A DNA stretch of 64,000 bases from Eledone cirrhosa (lineage: Eukaryota): NCBI GenBank assembly GCA_964016885.1, contig OZ024742.1, positions 266,042,001 to 266,106,000 of the forward strand, written 5' to 3'. The notes under the pieces are model-generated. The model was not told the DNA's origin and ran no database searches. It saw nothing but the letters and a program-made list of their open reading frames with translations. The translations under genes and the position numbers were made by a program. Numbering within the stretch: the first letter of the stretch is position 1; every line of letters starts with the position of its first letter. Shown here piece after piece: positions 50,725-64,000 of this stretch.

Positions 50725-51894
50725 CTAGAGGAAGGAAGAATATATAAGTATAAATGTCATTGGTAATATACAGAATAATATATTAATAAAGAAAAATTGA
50801 TAGAAGAAATATAAAACATTGTCACTTAGGTAAAGATATTATAATCTAATGCTTTTGTCTTTCAAGAGACTTATAAAGATATACATTTATATCTTGATAA
50901 CTCTCTTAAAAGACAAAAAAATAATACATTCCAATTATAAACAACATTTTGTAATAGATATTTTTTTTACTCAAGTGATAGATAGTGTTTTATTATTTCT
51001 GACAATTATACTTTAATATATATATATATTTATACACACACATATATATTTTTTGTGTATATAGGGGAGCGACTTTTCTTTCAAATATATTAAAATTGCA
51101 GCTATGTTCAAGTTTCATCTCTTTTATTAAGGATTATATATTTTATATATATTTCCTTATTGGCCCTTCATTTTTAGGTTGGAACAATAGAATTCATAAA
51201 TCAATTAGTCTAGTAAGGTTTCAAGACCTCAGTCTCATCCTCAGAAAACACTTGTGCTAGTAATAGCATGTTGTTTGCAGACTTTGCAGAAGCTCACACA
51301 GAATCATAGTTTCAGATAGGTCAGAGGTGTGGCACATTTACTGTCAAACCTAGTCACCATGGTTACAGTTCCAATGAGATTCCTAACTTAATTCACAAGG
51401 AATTCAAAGGTGTAAGGTGTTTTGACAGGCTTCTGTACAGGTTCCATCTACCTGATTCACTCGAAAGGCATTGGTCGGATGAAAAATATAATAAAAGAAC
51501 CCATGCAGTAGGATGGAAATCAAAAGTAAGGAATTTTGAATATGAGTCCTCTAAGCATCTGACTTTAGATATATGTACTGAATGTAAGACAATAGATAGT
51601 TGAACAACAGTTGGTGGCTGATGGAATTTAGAGAGTGCTAGAAAGAGCAGATGGACTTAGAGAAGAGAGACAGTCACTCAGAGAAACCTTTATTCTGAAT
51701 GTCCATTAAAAGTGGTAGCAAATGTGGCTTCCATTTAACTGTAGATATATTTTTAAAATAAATTTTGGAGAGTATTGATTGCATGTAGCCTGGTCAGCAG
51801 AAACAAAATTGAACATGGATATAGCCAACATAGATAACATAGTAACAGTAGAATCACTGGACATGTAGAGACAAGACTAGAAAAGACATCTGAC

Positions 51895-52006
51895 CTGAGG
51901 AATAAAGTGAGAAACCATGCCAGAGAGATCATGCCAAGAATTCCCATATGATCCAAACGTTGGTGAAGTTCAGGAAGATTTTCTTTCAAAAGTTCTTCTA
52001 AAACAC
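51895..52006 (-). CDS. TBC1D9: TBC1D9-like exon D
   Basis: Junctions TTTCAG|GT and CTCAG|GTCAG; encodes GVLEELLKENLPELHQRLDHMGILGMISLAWFLTLFL. Confidence 0.93.
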
Positions 52007-52899
52007 CTGAAACAGTAAAGTATAAATAATAATAATTACAAATTTAGGTGCAATGTCAGCAATTTGTGGGACAAGGGAATGTTAATTATATTGGCCCATG
52101 TACTTAACTGGTACTTTATTTTATCAACCCAAGAAGAATGAAAGGCAAAGTTGATCTCCATGGAATTCAAACTCAGATCATAAAGAGTTGGAACAAATAC
52201 TGCAAAGCATTTTGTCTGATGCGCTAATGATTCAACCACTCTACTTCCCTGAAATTTCTAACATAGACACTAGGGAGGGGAACAGTCCATTATATTGATC
52301 CCAGTACTTAACTGATAAATAGTTTATAGACCCAATAAATAATGAATGCTAAAGACTATGTTGGAGGTCCAATACTTGCTCTAGGCATTCAGCCACTTCT
52401 ACCTATCTCTTAGTCTACGGCACATTTCTTTGTTGTTGTTTATTACGAACAGCAGTACAAACTTTACTATCTCTCCTTGCACAAGGTAAAGAGATAACCT
52501 GATTTAAACTGCTCCCTTTTTATTCCTTTTATTCCTTTTGTCTTTATTAAAATGTGTGCTCCACTAAGGAACTGTACGCAGTTGATTATTTTGTCCCATT
52601 CCTTTCCCACCCGCCCCAACTCATCACCCTATCCTGATTGACCAAGCAACCATCAAGAGAGCTAGAACTTTGAAGCTCACACACCACCCCATGAAATACT
52701 ACCATTCCTCCTAACAGTAATACTACCACCATAGTTATAAGATGGTGTCTCAAAAGAAAACACTGGTTGTAGTGAAACATTAAAATCATTAACCTCAATG
52801 AGTGAAATGAATCAAAATATTTGTTTACACAAAAACATAAATGGTGCTGGAGCTACTAGTAAAGTTGGCTCGTCCAGCAAGTGCTCTGTGGTTAGGCAG

Positions 52900-55800
52900 C
52901 ACAGGCCTGGTTATCATCATGGCACTGTGAGAATGAAGTGCAGTAAGGAGGTAAAGAAGGCTGTTATGGGGAGTTAATTTAGAAGCAGGTCTGTGAATGA
53001 AAATGGTGTATAAATTAGAGGATATAGACAAAAGATGTTATGAGTATGGCAGGAGATGGGGCTCCTTGAAATTACTGAACTGAGGATTTGTGATCAGGCA
53101 AGGGCAATATGTGAAAACGGATAGCTATCTGAGATTGAGATTGAAATGATAAAGAAAAAGATAAGCCTAGAGGGTACAGAGGATATAAAAGATCAGGATG
53201 AAAGTATAGAAAATGATGGAACCCAACAGGAAGAGGAACTGAATATTCAAGATGATGAAGAAGGTAACATTAACATTGAAGAATTGAAGGACATATCAGA
53301 AAAAGGCACACAGATGATTGCTGATAGATTGGAGATTGCTGATAGATTGGAGATCTCTAAAACAAGAGGCAATAATCATAACATTTGTTAAAAGCAAACC
53401 AATGTCAGCTAAAAGAAATAACTAACAAAGTAAACATCCTTGACAAGGTGTCAACTAGAACCATCACAGAAACCAACAATCTAATCAGTGCTGCAAGTAT
53501 CTACAATGCAAAAGAGTTAGGTCTGTAACAGACTACACAAAAGCAGATCAAGGAACCATGGTGGAAAAGGAAAATTGAAGAGGACTTCAAAATGCTTAGG
53601 AAAGATATCAATATTCTAGAAAGGTAAAAACAAGGTGTATTAAAAAAGAGGGAAGATTGAACAACTAACAGGGAAGTACAATATCAGGAGAAAGAAGATT
53701 ACTGCAGTAACTGAGGAGCTGAAACAAAAGGTACTTGCCAGAGCTCCAAAGATTAAGAGCTATGAACAATGGACCACGCAGTATAAACAGAATATACGTT
53801 TCCAACAAAATCAGAAGAGATTCTATCAGGAGGTAAATGGCATGGTTAGGAATGATAATGTATTCCCTGAAATGGATGAAAATAAGAAGTTTGGGAGTGA
53901 TATCTGGAGTGTTGTAAAAGAGCACAATAGAAGTATGGAGTGGCTAACTAACATCAAATATGACATTGAGGATAATCAACAGGGAGAATTGGAGATAACA
54001 ACTGATATGGTAACTATCTAGTGTAGAAAGATACCAAATTGGAAAGCTCCTGGCAGAGACGGTGTGCAAGGTTTCTGGTTGAAAAAGCTGAGGTCCCTTC
54101 ATGGGAGAATTGCTGAGCAACTGAATAAGATCTTGAATGGAGAAGAGAGGTTGTCAGTATGGCTAGCCTTTAGGAGAAAAATCTTGTGTTTGAAGGACCC
54201 CAGCAATGGAACTGCAGTTGACAACATTAGACCTATCTCTTGCCTCCCTCTTATGTGGAAACTTATGACGGGTATCATTTCTGAGGCAATGTATGAATAC
54301 CTGGAGGAAACACTACATGCAGAGCAGAAGAAGAAGCAGGGGGACTAAGGATAAATTGCTAATTGATAAAACGATCCTTGAAGATTGTAAAAGGAGACAC
54401 ACAAATCTTGCCATGGCCTGGATTGATCACCGCAAGGCTTACAACATGGTGCCACATAATGAGATAGTAGAATGTTTTAAAATGTTTGGTATTGCAGCTA
54501 ATGCTAGACAGTTTCTGGTGAGCAGTAAGCAAACATTGGGAGTTGTGAAGATCAAGATAGGAATATTTCAGGGAGACAGTCTTTCAATTTTGCTGTTTGT
54601 ACTGTGTATGGTTCCACTTTCATTGATGTTGAGGTCAAAGGTTGGTTACGAGTGAGGAAGACATGGATGACCTAAAACTTTATGGGAAATCCTATGAACA
54701 TATTGATTCCTTTGTACAGACAGTTCATACATTCAGAACGGACATAGGAATGGAATTGGGTATAAAAAAGTGTGGGGCGCTACTACTGAAGTAAGGTAGA
54801 ATTAATGAGATGGAAGGAATTAAATTACCAGATGGACAAGTTATCAAGAAAATTGATGACATTGGATATAATTACTTAGGTACCCTGGAAACAAACCAAA
54901 TGAAAGAGAAGGAAATGAAAGAACTATTATTAAAGGAATATAACTGAAGATGCTGTTAAAGATGAAGGTAAATGGTAGGAATAAGATACTATCTATCAAC
55001 AAACGGTCTGTTGCACTGCTAAGGTACAGCACTGGTGTGATAGAGAGGAGATGTGATAAACTTAAGGGGCTTGATAGAAAAACCAGGAAAATGATAACAC
55101 TACAAAGGGCGGTACACCCCAAAAGTGAAATGGACAGGTTGTATCTATCATGACAGAGAGAAGGAAGAGGTCTCATTAGCTGTGAAATGTGTGTGAAGTC
55201 GGAGGAAAATAATCTGACATGGTATGTAAAGAATCCAAAGGAGATTGATGCCAGGAGTAAGAAAGATAAAGGTCCTAAACAGTCATGAAGCAAAGGAAAA
55301 TGGAGAGACAGACAGACACATTAAATAGATGAAAGAGAGAAAAATGTATGGTCAATTCAAATGTGAAATGCCTGAGACTGTTGACAAAGAAAGGAACTAG
55401 AAATGAACTAGGAAAAGTGACTTAAAAGTTAAAATAGAGGCCCTTATTTTTGCAGTCCAGGAACAGACATTGAGAACGAACTATATCAAGTTCAATATTG
55501 ACAAGTCAGTGAATTCCCCACTTTGTAGGTTGTGTGGTGTGAAAGGTGAAACAATAAACCACATTATGAGTGAATCTGAGTTCAAATCCCACCGAGGTTG
55601 ACTTTGCCTTTCATCCTTACGGGGTCGATAAAATAAAGTACCAGTAATGCACTGGGTAATTGCTGGCCTTGTGCCTAAAGTAGAAACAATTATTAGTGAA
55701 TGTAAAATGCTTGTTCAGAAAAAGTACAAGAGAAGGCACGACAGCATTGCCAGGTTGGTTCATTGGAAGCTCTGTCATAAGTATGACAGGAGCAGAAGTG

Positions 55801-56346
55801 AGAAATTGTATGAACAGCAACCAGAAATGGTGGCTGAAAATTAACAGTATAAGATCTTGTGGGACATGACCACCTAGTGCAACCATTTTATTGTGGCTAG
55901 AAAGCCTGACATTATTGTTGTAGGAAAGAAGAATAACAAGGCATGTATTGTGGATATTGCTTCCCTGTGGGACCACAGGGTGAATGAGAAGGAAAGTGAA
56001 AGGTTGAGAGATACCAGGATCTGAAGACAGAAATCAGGAAACTGTGGATAATCAGATACATAGAAGATACATAGATTGTGGTTGGTGCACTGGGAGCAGT
56101 TGGTAGAAGGTTGGATGCATGGCTTGAGAAACTAGGAATTACCATCAGGACAGGATTGTAGCAGAAAACAAACTTGCTGGGAACAGCAAGAATTCTAAGA
56201 AGGATGTTGGAAAGTTGAAGGAGAAGGAATGACCCAAAGAATCTTTGGCTATGACTCCCTCTTTTGGTATAGTGTCAGTATAACATCTGCTAGAACAAAT
56301 GTGTTAAGAATAATAGTAATAATAATAAAAACAACAACAATAATAA
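52900..56346 (+). mobile_element. Near full-length decayed R4/Dong non-LTR retrotransposon
   Basis: [60 protein letters not shown] endonuclease; (TAA)n 3' tail. Confidence 0.92.
55576..55694 (+). mobile_element. 5'-truncated family-1 SINE nested in the Dong element
   Basis: TSD attatgagtgaat (55563-55575) / attattagtgaat (55689-55701); splits HIMSE|CKML. Confidence 0.9.
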
Positions 56347-56480
56347 TATATATCTAACATCACCATCATTACAGCAAATCTACTCCAAACATTGCCTCCA
56401 TAACACCAGCACCACAGCAACCCTCTATTACTAACATCACCACCACCTTCACAACAACAGATTTAGCAAGGCTAACTTAC

Positions 56481-56627
56481 CTTGATCTACTAAAGCACCA
56501 ACAACTTTGGTATTGTAGTAATTTGGCAGCAGTCGTTCACAGAGAGAGGTGAGAAGCCAGAAGGCTTCTTCTTCATTGGCATAGAGAAGTAGAACACTTG
56601 TGACAATATTCATGGCTTGGCAGTAAC
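56481..56627 (-). CDS. TBC1D9: TBC1D9-like exon C (Gln finger)
   Basis: Junctions CTAG|GT and CAAG|GTAAG; encodes [49 protein letters not shown]. Confidence 0.96.
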
Positions 56628-57654
56628 CTAGCAATAGAGAAAAAAGCACAATAATAAGATACTGGTGACTATATTGATGACTAGGCAGTAACTTACCAAC
56701 TGAGGAATACCTCGCAATAAGACATTGGGAGTTAATTTACATAATTTAGAGAACGGACAGTCAGATCTGCAGGGCCTGTTATACTAATGAGGTTGAATAG
56801 ACTGAAACATGCCTATAGATGTTCATTTGTCTGCTAACAAAGATCAGATTATACTTTTCCCTAAGCATGCAAATTATAGTTGAGAAATTACTTCATAATT
56901 TATTGGAATTATTTTTTAACTTTTTGGGGAGTTGCTACCAATTGCTACTAGGTTTTTGCTTTCTTTTTCCATTTAAACCTTTTGATACCAAACTGTCTGA
57001 AACCTGCCTGGTTCTACAATGTAAAACTGTTTATTTTCAAGTGTTTATAATTATCTAAAAATATTCCATCATAATTTTATGTAAAAACGTTTGTTATATT
57101 ATATTCCAGACATCAACTTGATAATGAGAAGGCTGGTTATATTACTTTAAATCCCTTCAAAATGCTTGATCCTTTTCAAAATTATTTAAAAATTGTAGGC
57201 AGAGTCTTTCATTAGAAATAAGATAATGGAAAGATTAAAGGGAAATTTCAATTAAATACAATCTTTCTTTTTGCATACAGTATTAAGTGTATCAACTTTT
57301 AACTTAATTATACATACATTACATTAACGTAGTGTTTGTTTTCCAACATGAGTTCTAAAGTACTGCAGGATTCCAAGAGAAAATTCTTGGATTCTGCAAG
57401 ATAAGGTGTCTTTTAATAAAATTTGAAAAAAGTTTTTACATTAATAAATTCTCTCTCTGAAGCACTTTTTTTTTTCATTTAAAAATTAGGGTGGTTGGAA
57501 TTGTCAGTAAAATGTAAGTGTGGGTTCTGTGATTTTTGGAAAACAATATAGAGTTTCAATGACAAAATAAGTTTGGGAACTTCAACACTAAAGTAAGCAA
57601 TGTTTTACTTCAATAACCATAAGGACAGAATTGAAGTAACTTAATTATGTCATT

Positions 57655-57945
57655 GTGGAAATATATCAAACAACTAGATGGTCACAACTGCAGGTTCATA
57701 ATGATATCACTAGTAAACTATATGGAAGGACTAGATGGTCACAACTGCAGGCTTCTGATGATATATGGAAGGATTGGAAGGTCAGAATTGCAAACTTGAT
57801 GGTATCACTAGTGAAAATATAAAGAAGGATTAGATGGTCAAAATGGCAGACTCCTGATGATATTACTATTAGAATATATGGAAGGACTGATCATCACAAT
57901 TGCAGGCATGTAATGATGCCATCAGGGAAATATATCGAAGGACAG
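57655..57945. repeat. Degenerate tandem repeat, unit about 56 bp, about 5 copies
   Basis: gaaggactagatggtcacaactgcaggcttctgatgatatcactagt...atatatg units; ends about 25 nt from the exon B donor. Confidence 0.85.
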
Positions 57946-57969
57946 CAATGAAATTACCAATAGACTCAC

Positions 57970-58064
57970 CAATAGTAGGGTTCCTCCATGCATATGCAGT
58001 TAAAACTCGGCGCAGGGCATCAATTCCCAAATCTGTTTGAAATGCTGGATGTTCTGGTAATGAT
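57970..58064 (-). CDS. TBC1D9: TBC1D9-like exon B
   Basis: Junctions TTTAG|A and ATTG|GTGAG; encodes [31 protein letters not shown]; phase 2 in, phase 1 out, consistent with neighbours. Confidence 0.95.
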
Positions 58065-58399
58065 CTAAATAATTGCACCATTAAAAATAAAAATAATTGT
58101 TTCTAATTTAGGCATAGGGACAACAATTTTGGAGGGAAGGGCAAAGTCAATTTTACCGACTCAAGTACTTTAATGGTACTTTATTTCATTATCCTCAGAA
58201 AGATAAAAGGCAAAGTTGACCTCAGAAAGTAAAGAACTGGAACAAATACTACAAAAGCTAGCTGATTCTCTATCATGTCTGCTAAATCACCACTCTCTTA
58301 ATAATAATAATAATGGTTTCTTTATTAACTATTCAGAGCTGACATTAATCAAAAAATTGAGATGACACAAGATGATAGTGTGAGATTTTATGTGCTAAA

Positions 58400-60400
58400 A
58401 AGGTTATAAAAACTAAAAAAAAAAACAACTAAACATTTAAAATTCAAACAGACAAAACCAAATTCCCCAAAAGGGGAAAACCTCTAAGGAAGATTCGTGG
58501 AGAAAGCCCATAAAAAGTCACAGTCACTCTGATCAGTAGAGCAAGAGCCTTCTCCCAGTTGACCTCCTCCAATTTACAGGTGCATATGCAGAGAAGGCGT
58601 TTTCACTCAGACCATGCTTGTTACTCTCACCCACCTTTCAAAAAAATAGTTGGAAGGTAGCACTTCCCTCTTCACTCTGATTTTCCTCTTCAAGTGAAAC
58701 CTGAAAAAGTTAATCAGGGATTTGCTGAAGAGGAAATTGCTTGTCTTCAAATCCTTCAAACATGTCCACCACACAACTACTTTTGATATGGCCACCAAGT
58801 AAATATAAACTGCCTGTCCTTCTTGGTTAAAGGGACAATCTTCACGACGGATTCAGCTGATAGCCAGATCCATTCTACATGTGAGAGCAGTTTCTGCTAC
58901 CTAGGTGACCGAATTAGCAGCGGAGGTGGGTGTTCAGAAAGTACAATAACTAGGGTAAGAACGGGATGGAAGAAGTTTAGGGAACTACTACCACTGCTAG
59001 CTGCAAAAGGCTTCTCCCTCAAAATGAAAGGCAGACTGTATGATGCGTGTATCCGAACAGCGATGTTGCATGGTAGTGAGACCTGGGCGCTGAAGATGGA
59101 AGACTTACGTAGATTAGAGAGAAACGAAGCCTGCATGCTCCGATGGATGTGTAATAGTAATATACGCGAACGACAAAGCATAAATGAATTGAGAGAGAGA
59201 CTGAGCATAAGAGGAATCAAATGCTGTGTGCAGGAGAGGTGGTTGCGTTGGTATGGACATGTGATGCGTATGAAGGATGACAGCTGCATAAAAAGGTGCA
59301 GAGCACTAGAAGTCAATGGAAACCGCAGAGTGGGGAGACCCAAGATGACTTGGGATGAGGTGATAAAAGCCAACCTTACCCATTACACCTCTCAAAGGCG
59401 ATGACACGCGACCGTGACCTCTGGCGTCACGCAGTAATACAGAGTACCCGACCTCCCATGGGTACAAGCTGAAGCATATAGACAATATGCCCCACACCCC
59501 CCACTGCAAGGTGGTCGTGGAGGTGCCACGGCAAAAAAGCACCCAGCCCACACTGTAAAGTGGACGTGTAGGCGCCACGAAAAAGCACCCAGCACTCACT
59601 GTAAATGAGGTTGGTGTTAGGAAGGGCATCGAGCTGTAGAAATCAAGCCAAATCAGTTCCTGTATGAGCAAGGCATGGTCAGCCGACCAGACACTGCCCA
59701 CAACGGGACAACCCGTCTAACCCATGCTAGCGTGGAAGAACGGACGTAAAACGGTGATGATGATGATGATGAATGCTCCCCAGTAGCACTGCCAGGCCGG
59801 AGATTTCTTCCATAAAAAATGAAAGAGCAAATGCTCCAGTACTGTCAAACATGGACTAGGAGAAAGTACGGTGGTCAGGCGGTAATAGATGATGGATGCG
59901 ATGTATGTGTTCACCACCTCTGCCCAGCTTTTCACAGATAGCTTCCTCTCAGCCCATTTCTGGATGAGAGAGGCCATCCTGCAACATCCTAGTTTTTGTC
60001 TATTTTTGTGAGGTCTGGACCAAACCAGACACTGATGGTGATGGACAGCATAGACCTACATCTCCATGTGCTGAACTGCAGGCACACCAACATTTCCAGG
60101 TTAATTTCTTTCCTGTTATCACTTCCTACACACTGAGAGTGGTACTGATCACCTCAATCTGTTTGGTGTTCAACACCACTACACTGACATCATCAGAATA
60201 CGCTGACATGGGACACTCACATCCTAGTTTGCACAGGGCAACCCACAGTTCTTCAATTTGTGTAGTGGTGACTTGAGAATCAATACAAACAGTAGGGACA
60301 ACTTTGGCAGACTAACCACATGATGTTGAAAGGTTCCAAGAGGTGACCGTTCACTCTGACCACAGAACAGATGTCACTGTGCATTGCAGATATCCATCTT
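58400..60400 (-). mobile_element. Tx1/L1-clade LINE ORF2 remnant, split by an RTE insertion
   Basis: SVVRVNGHLLEPF...QSCP, AYSDDV, WAERKLSVKSWAEVVN...FLWK on the right; C-terminal ...REVLPSNYFFERW and 3' UTR on the left. Confidence 0.78.
58885..59772 (+). mobile_element. RTE LINE 3' part with open frame, plus SINE-like 3' extension
   Basis: FCYLGD...GWKKFREL...HGSETW...LRWYGHVMR...GRPKMTW; then ttaggaagggcatc segment and cccatgctagcgtggaagaacggacgtaaaacggt(gat)n. Confidence 0.92.
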
Positions 60401-61109
60401 CTGAAAATGGGTGGTGGAAGTGGTGATGGCATGGATGTTGTTATGGCTGTTAGTGTTGATGCTGTTATTGTTTTTTGTCGTTTTGAAGTTGTAGTGGGTG
60501 ATGGTGTCAGTAAGGTTTGTTTGTTGACTTCTACTGCACGTTTTGATTGGTTCAAGGTCAGCAACGGCGTCTATAAATAGATTTTGTTGCCTTTTCCTTT
60601 TAAGTCTTTGGGGCTGATATCAAACCTTGCCGAGTTATTTTGACAGAAAGTAGGAGATGCTATCTTTAGTATAGTTGTTTCTATTTTTCCTTTGTCATTT
60701 TCTTTTTTAAAGTATGCAGCTTATGAGAATTTATTTTTTGAAAACAAGAACATTTTTGAAAACAAGAAAATTTCTTTGTCTGATCCATCTGTGAAAGAAA
60801 TTCTTTCCAGATATCTGGACAAAGTCCTTATTTAAATGACTGAATAAAATGTGGAGATGAAGTCACTAAAATAAAAACAAAATTTTAACTCACTGCCAGA
60901 AATTGGGGATGGTGGGATGAACTAAGTGATTATATCAACCCCAGTACTTCAATGGTACTTTATTTTATTGATGAAAGGCAAAGTTGATCACAGCAAGATT
61001 TAAACTCAGAATGTAAAGAGTAGAAAGAAAATAACATGAAGCATTTTGTTCAACACTAACAATTCTGCCACTCCATTCCTGCTACTGTTATACTGACTCT
61101 CAAGCTTAC

Positions 61110-61204
61110 CTGTGCAAATCTCTTTCAATCTCATCTGTAGCAATGTTATTTTTGCCTGCACTTTGTTGCACCATGTTGGCATAGTAACCAGGGTTTGTGA
61201 TCAT
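61110..61204 (-). CDS. TBC1D9: TBC1D9-like exon A (first in window; TBC domain Arg finger)
   Basis: Junctions TTGCAG|ATG and CACAG|GTAAG; encodes MITNPGYYANMVQQSAGKNNIATDEIERDLHR (IxxDxxR motif), matching TBC1D8/9-family PGYY...ATEEIERDLHR. Confidence 0.93.
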
Positions 61205-62919
61205 CTGCAATGTACAAGGCAATAAAGTCATTTCTGTGATGTGCATGTTGTGTGTGTATTTGTGCATGAGTGTATGTGTGCGTGTAAGTGTGTGTTTGTG
61301 CATGAGTATATGTGATAGAGAGTGAGAGACAGAAACTCCAGCATGTTTATGTGTGCACTTGTTTAAATATGAAAGAGTGAGAGGGGAGTGAAAGAGAATA
61401 AAAAGAAAATGAATGTATACAGTACATGTTTCTACTGACAACAACAGAGAGGGAAATATCATCATAATCATCACTGTTTATCGTCTACTTTCCATGCTGA
61501 CATGAGTTAAACAGGCTGTCACATTCTGAGGCTAGCCAGATCAGATGACCACATGTTGCTCATACATTCCATTTTGGCATGGTTTCAACAAATGGATGCT
61601 CTTCCTAACACCAACCTCTTTATAGCATATACTGGCTGCATTTGATCATGGCACTAGCACTATCATATTATTACACTAGGGAGCTTGTTATGTCCTCACC
61701 CAGGCTGGGAAAGAGAGAGGTGGAGGGATGCTGCATGTTGCTTGCCGAGGAAATTAGTAGCTGTTCTCAATGACCCTGTACGCAACCAAGCTATTCACAC
61801 CCCATCCATTATCACCATGTAGTATATATTCTCATCATTCCTATTCTATCCAAGATCACCCTTGCTCTCATACTCCATCCAAGATCATTATCCACCTCCA
61901 AAATCCTGACACACCAGTCATAATTCTTTACTAGTAGTTGTCATCACAGTACCTCCCCTCCTACTCATCACTCTGTCAAATCTCACCATCCCACCACACT
62001 TGTCATACACCCATGACATCATACTTGTCATCCTTCCTAAGACCACCCACCCTCACCCATAGTGTAGAGAAGGCTCTTCAGTTAAGTCAATGACTGATGA
62101 CCTCTCTAGTGCTAGTATCATGAAAAAAGCACCCAGTACACCCTTTAAGGCAGTTGGTGAAAGTAAGGACATCCTACTCTAGAAACCATGTCAAAAAGAG
62201 TTTAAAGGACACTTTAGTTGTGTCAAGGGCACATCAACCTTTCTAGTGATGGTGATCTACATGATAAATTCACCCAGTGCACTCTGTAAAGTCGTTGGTG
62301 GTAAGAAGAACATCCACCATAGAGAACCTTCTAAACAAAGTGTTAAGCGGGATCTTCAGCTGTGTCAAAGACATGGCAACGTCCTTAGTGATGGTGCCAT
62401 GATAAAATGCCCTCAGTAGAGAATATGTGAGCAAAATGCAGGCCCTGGCCTGTCTATGTGCTCAGTAGAGTGCAAGAACATATATAAGCAAGGTGCAGGT
62501 CCCCCAGCCCATCTGAAAGGTCAAACTTCTATGGTGTATTAAACCCTCACTAAATGGAAAGAACTTCATCTAGCCAACAGACAAGAGAACACACATTTAT
62601 TTTTTTCTGGCTGCCAATTATATATTTCTGGTATGTTACAGGGATAATTTGATTTTGATGTTAGTTGTTGTTTCACCTCAGGTCAGTGCTGAGCCCAACA
62701 TGCCTATGATCAGAGACATTCCAACCACAACCACTACTCACTTCCACATTTTCCTTCTTCAGATGTTAGACTACAGCATGAAATATAACCCTTGCTAACA
62801 GAGAAACAAATGTTAAATGATGATGAAGATAATAATGATGATGAAGATGAAGGTGTTGGCAGTGTGATGATTTGAAAAAGATATGATTGAGAAAAAGATA
62901 TGATTTAGCTACATACAAT

Positions 62920-63365
62920 AGCTGCAATTACAGTACAGAAGAATAGAATAGATAAATTACAGTATAATGTAATAGCTGTCAGTACACTATGACAGAATAG
63001 TTATAATTACAGTACAGTACAACAGTATAGCTAAATTACAGTACAACAGTATAGCTGCATTACAGTACAACAGTATAGCTGCATTACAGTACAACAGTAT
63101 AGCTGTATTACAGTACAACAGTATAGCTGTATTACAGCACAACATAATAGATGCATTACAGAACAACAGAATAGCTGTATTACAGTACAGTACAATGGAA
63201 TACCTATATTACAGTACAGTACAACAGAATATATGCATTACAGTACAACAGAATAGATGTAGTACAGTACAACAGAATAAGTGTATTACAGTACAATGGA
63301 CTAGATGTATTCCAGTACAGTACAATGGAATAACTGTATTACAGTTCAATGGACTAGATGAATTA
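62920..63365. repeat. 24-bp minisatellite (tacagtacaacagtatagctgYat)n, degenerate at both ends
   Basis: Directly visible. Confidence 0.9.
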
Positions 63366-63870
63366 TAGCTGCCACAGAGCCAGCTGCCTTCCACACCATG
63401 CTGCCCTCAACGAGGTCATAAAGCATGGCTTGGATGCTGCAGCCTTCCCCCTCCCAGCTAGAGCCGGAGGGGCTGGACTGAGGGGACGGCAAAAGGCCAG
63501 ATGGTATGACCATCTTCCCGCTCCGCGGTGGCAAACCCTTCGTCGGGGATGCCACTTGCAGCAACACTTTCTCCAGTCACAACTTGGTGCAGTCTGCGAC
63601 TAACCCAGGTTCTGCTGCACGTCGGGCTGAGGAGGCCAAACTCTCCAAATACCGGTCGCTTTCCAACAGATTTGTGGTCATGCCCTTGGCTGTGGAGCCT
63701 TCTGGTGTCCTTGGCCCTAGGGCTACCTCCCTACTCCCTACCATAGGCGCTGACTGGCCAGCCGCAGGTGTGAGCTTCGTAAGTTGGAATGGCTCTTCCA
63801 GTGCATTTCCCTTACCATCCCCCGGGGAAACACCTTGTCCATTCTGTCCGCCAGGGCTGTAGGGAGGCCA
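63366..63870 (+). mobile_element. CRE-clade retrotransposon 3' fragment
   Basis: HHAALNEVIK, EP.GL..GDGKRPDG, DATCSNTF, GSAARRAEEAKLSKY, PLAVEPSGVLGP; related to 4140-4650. Confidence 0.8.
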
Positions 63871-64000
63871 GCATGTGGGACCTCATTTGCTCACCACACA
63901 GAGAGATGGAGAGGGCGAGAGAGATGGAGGCGATGACAGTGGGAGTTCGGCTCTTCTACTTTCGGACCATATCCTCGTGGTTGTGTTCATTCTATCTATC

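Noticed and set aside
57655-57945. CRISPR-like array or tandem hammerhead (contains ctgatga)
   Set aside because: Units are degenerate tandem copies without unique spacers, the context is a eukaryotic intron, and no stem II closes between ctgatga and gaaa.
61205-64000. Next upstream TBC1D9 exon (expected ...LRGELW.LFSGA.NE)
   Set aside because: No matching frame with splice sites found; it presumably lies beyond the window.

Overview
AT-rich, repeat-dense animal genomic DNA. The SINE, RTE and microsatellite content suggests a mollusc, most likely an octopus (inference). The window holds the 3' portion of one spliced minus-strand gene, a TBC1D9-like Rab-GAP: 14 coding exons between 61204 and 12481, with GT-AG junctions and consistent phases. 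They give about 780 aa covering the TBC domain (IERDLHR and YCQ fingers intact), an EF-hand and the conserved C-terminus; the 5' exons lie beyond the right edge. The rest is a patchwork of mostly decayed mobile DNA: RTE, R4/Dong, CRE, Tx1/L1 and CR1-like LINEs, Penelope-like elements with hammerhead-like remnants, Gypsy and Copia LTR elements, hAT/piggyBac, Helitrons, three tRNA-derived SINE families, a 586-bp foldback element and several minisatellites. The most notable observations are (1) a Gypsy element with no tRNA primer site but a 13-nt LTR-complementary sequence in Tf1-like self-priming geometry, (2) a hAT element with TIRs and TSD that carries half a piggyBac, (3) tandem Helitrons joined by a fully symmetric terminator, and (4) minisatellites and inverted repeats positioned next to exons. 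Element classes come from manual motif recognition, not database searches; boundaries of decayed elements are approximate.
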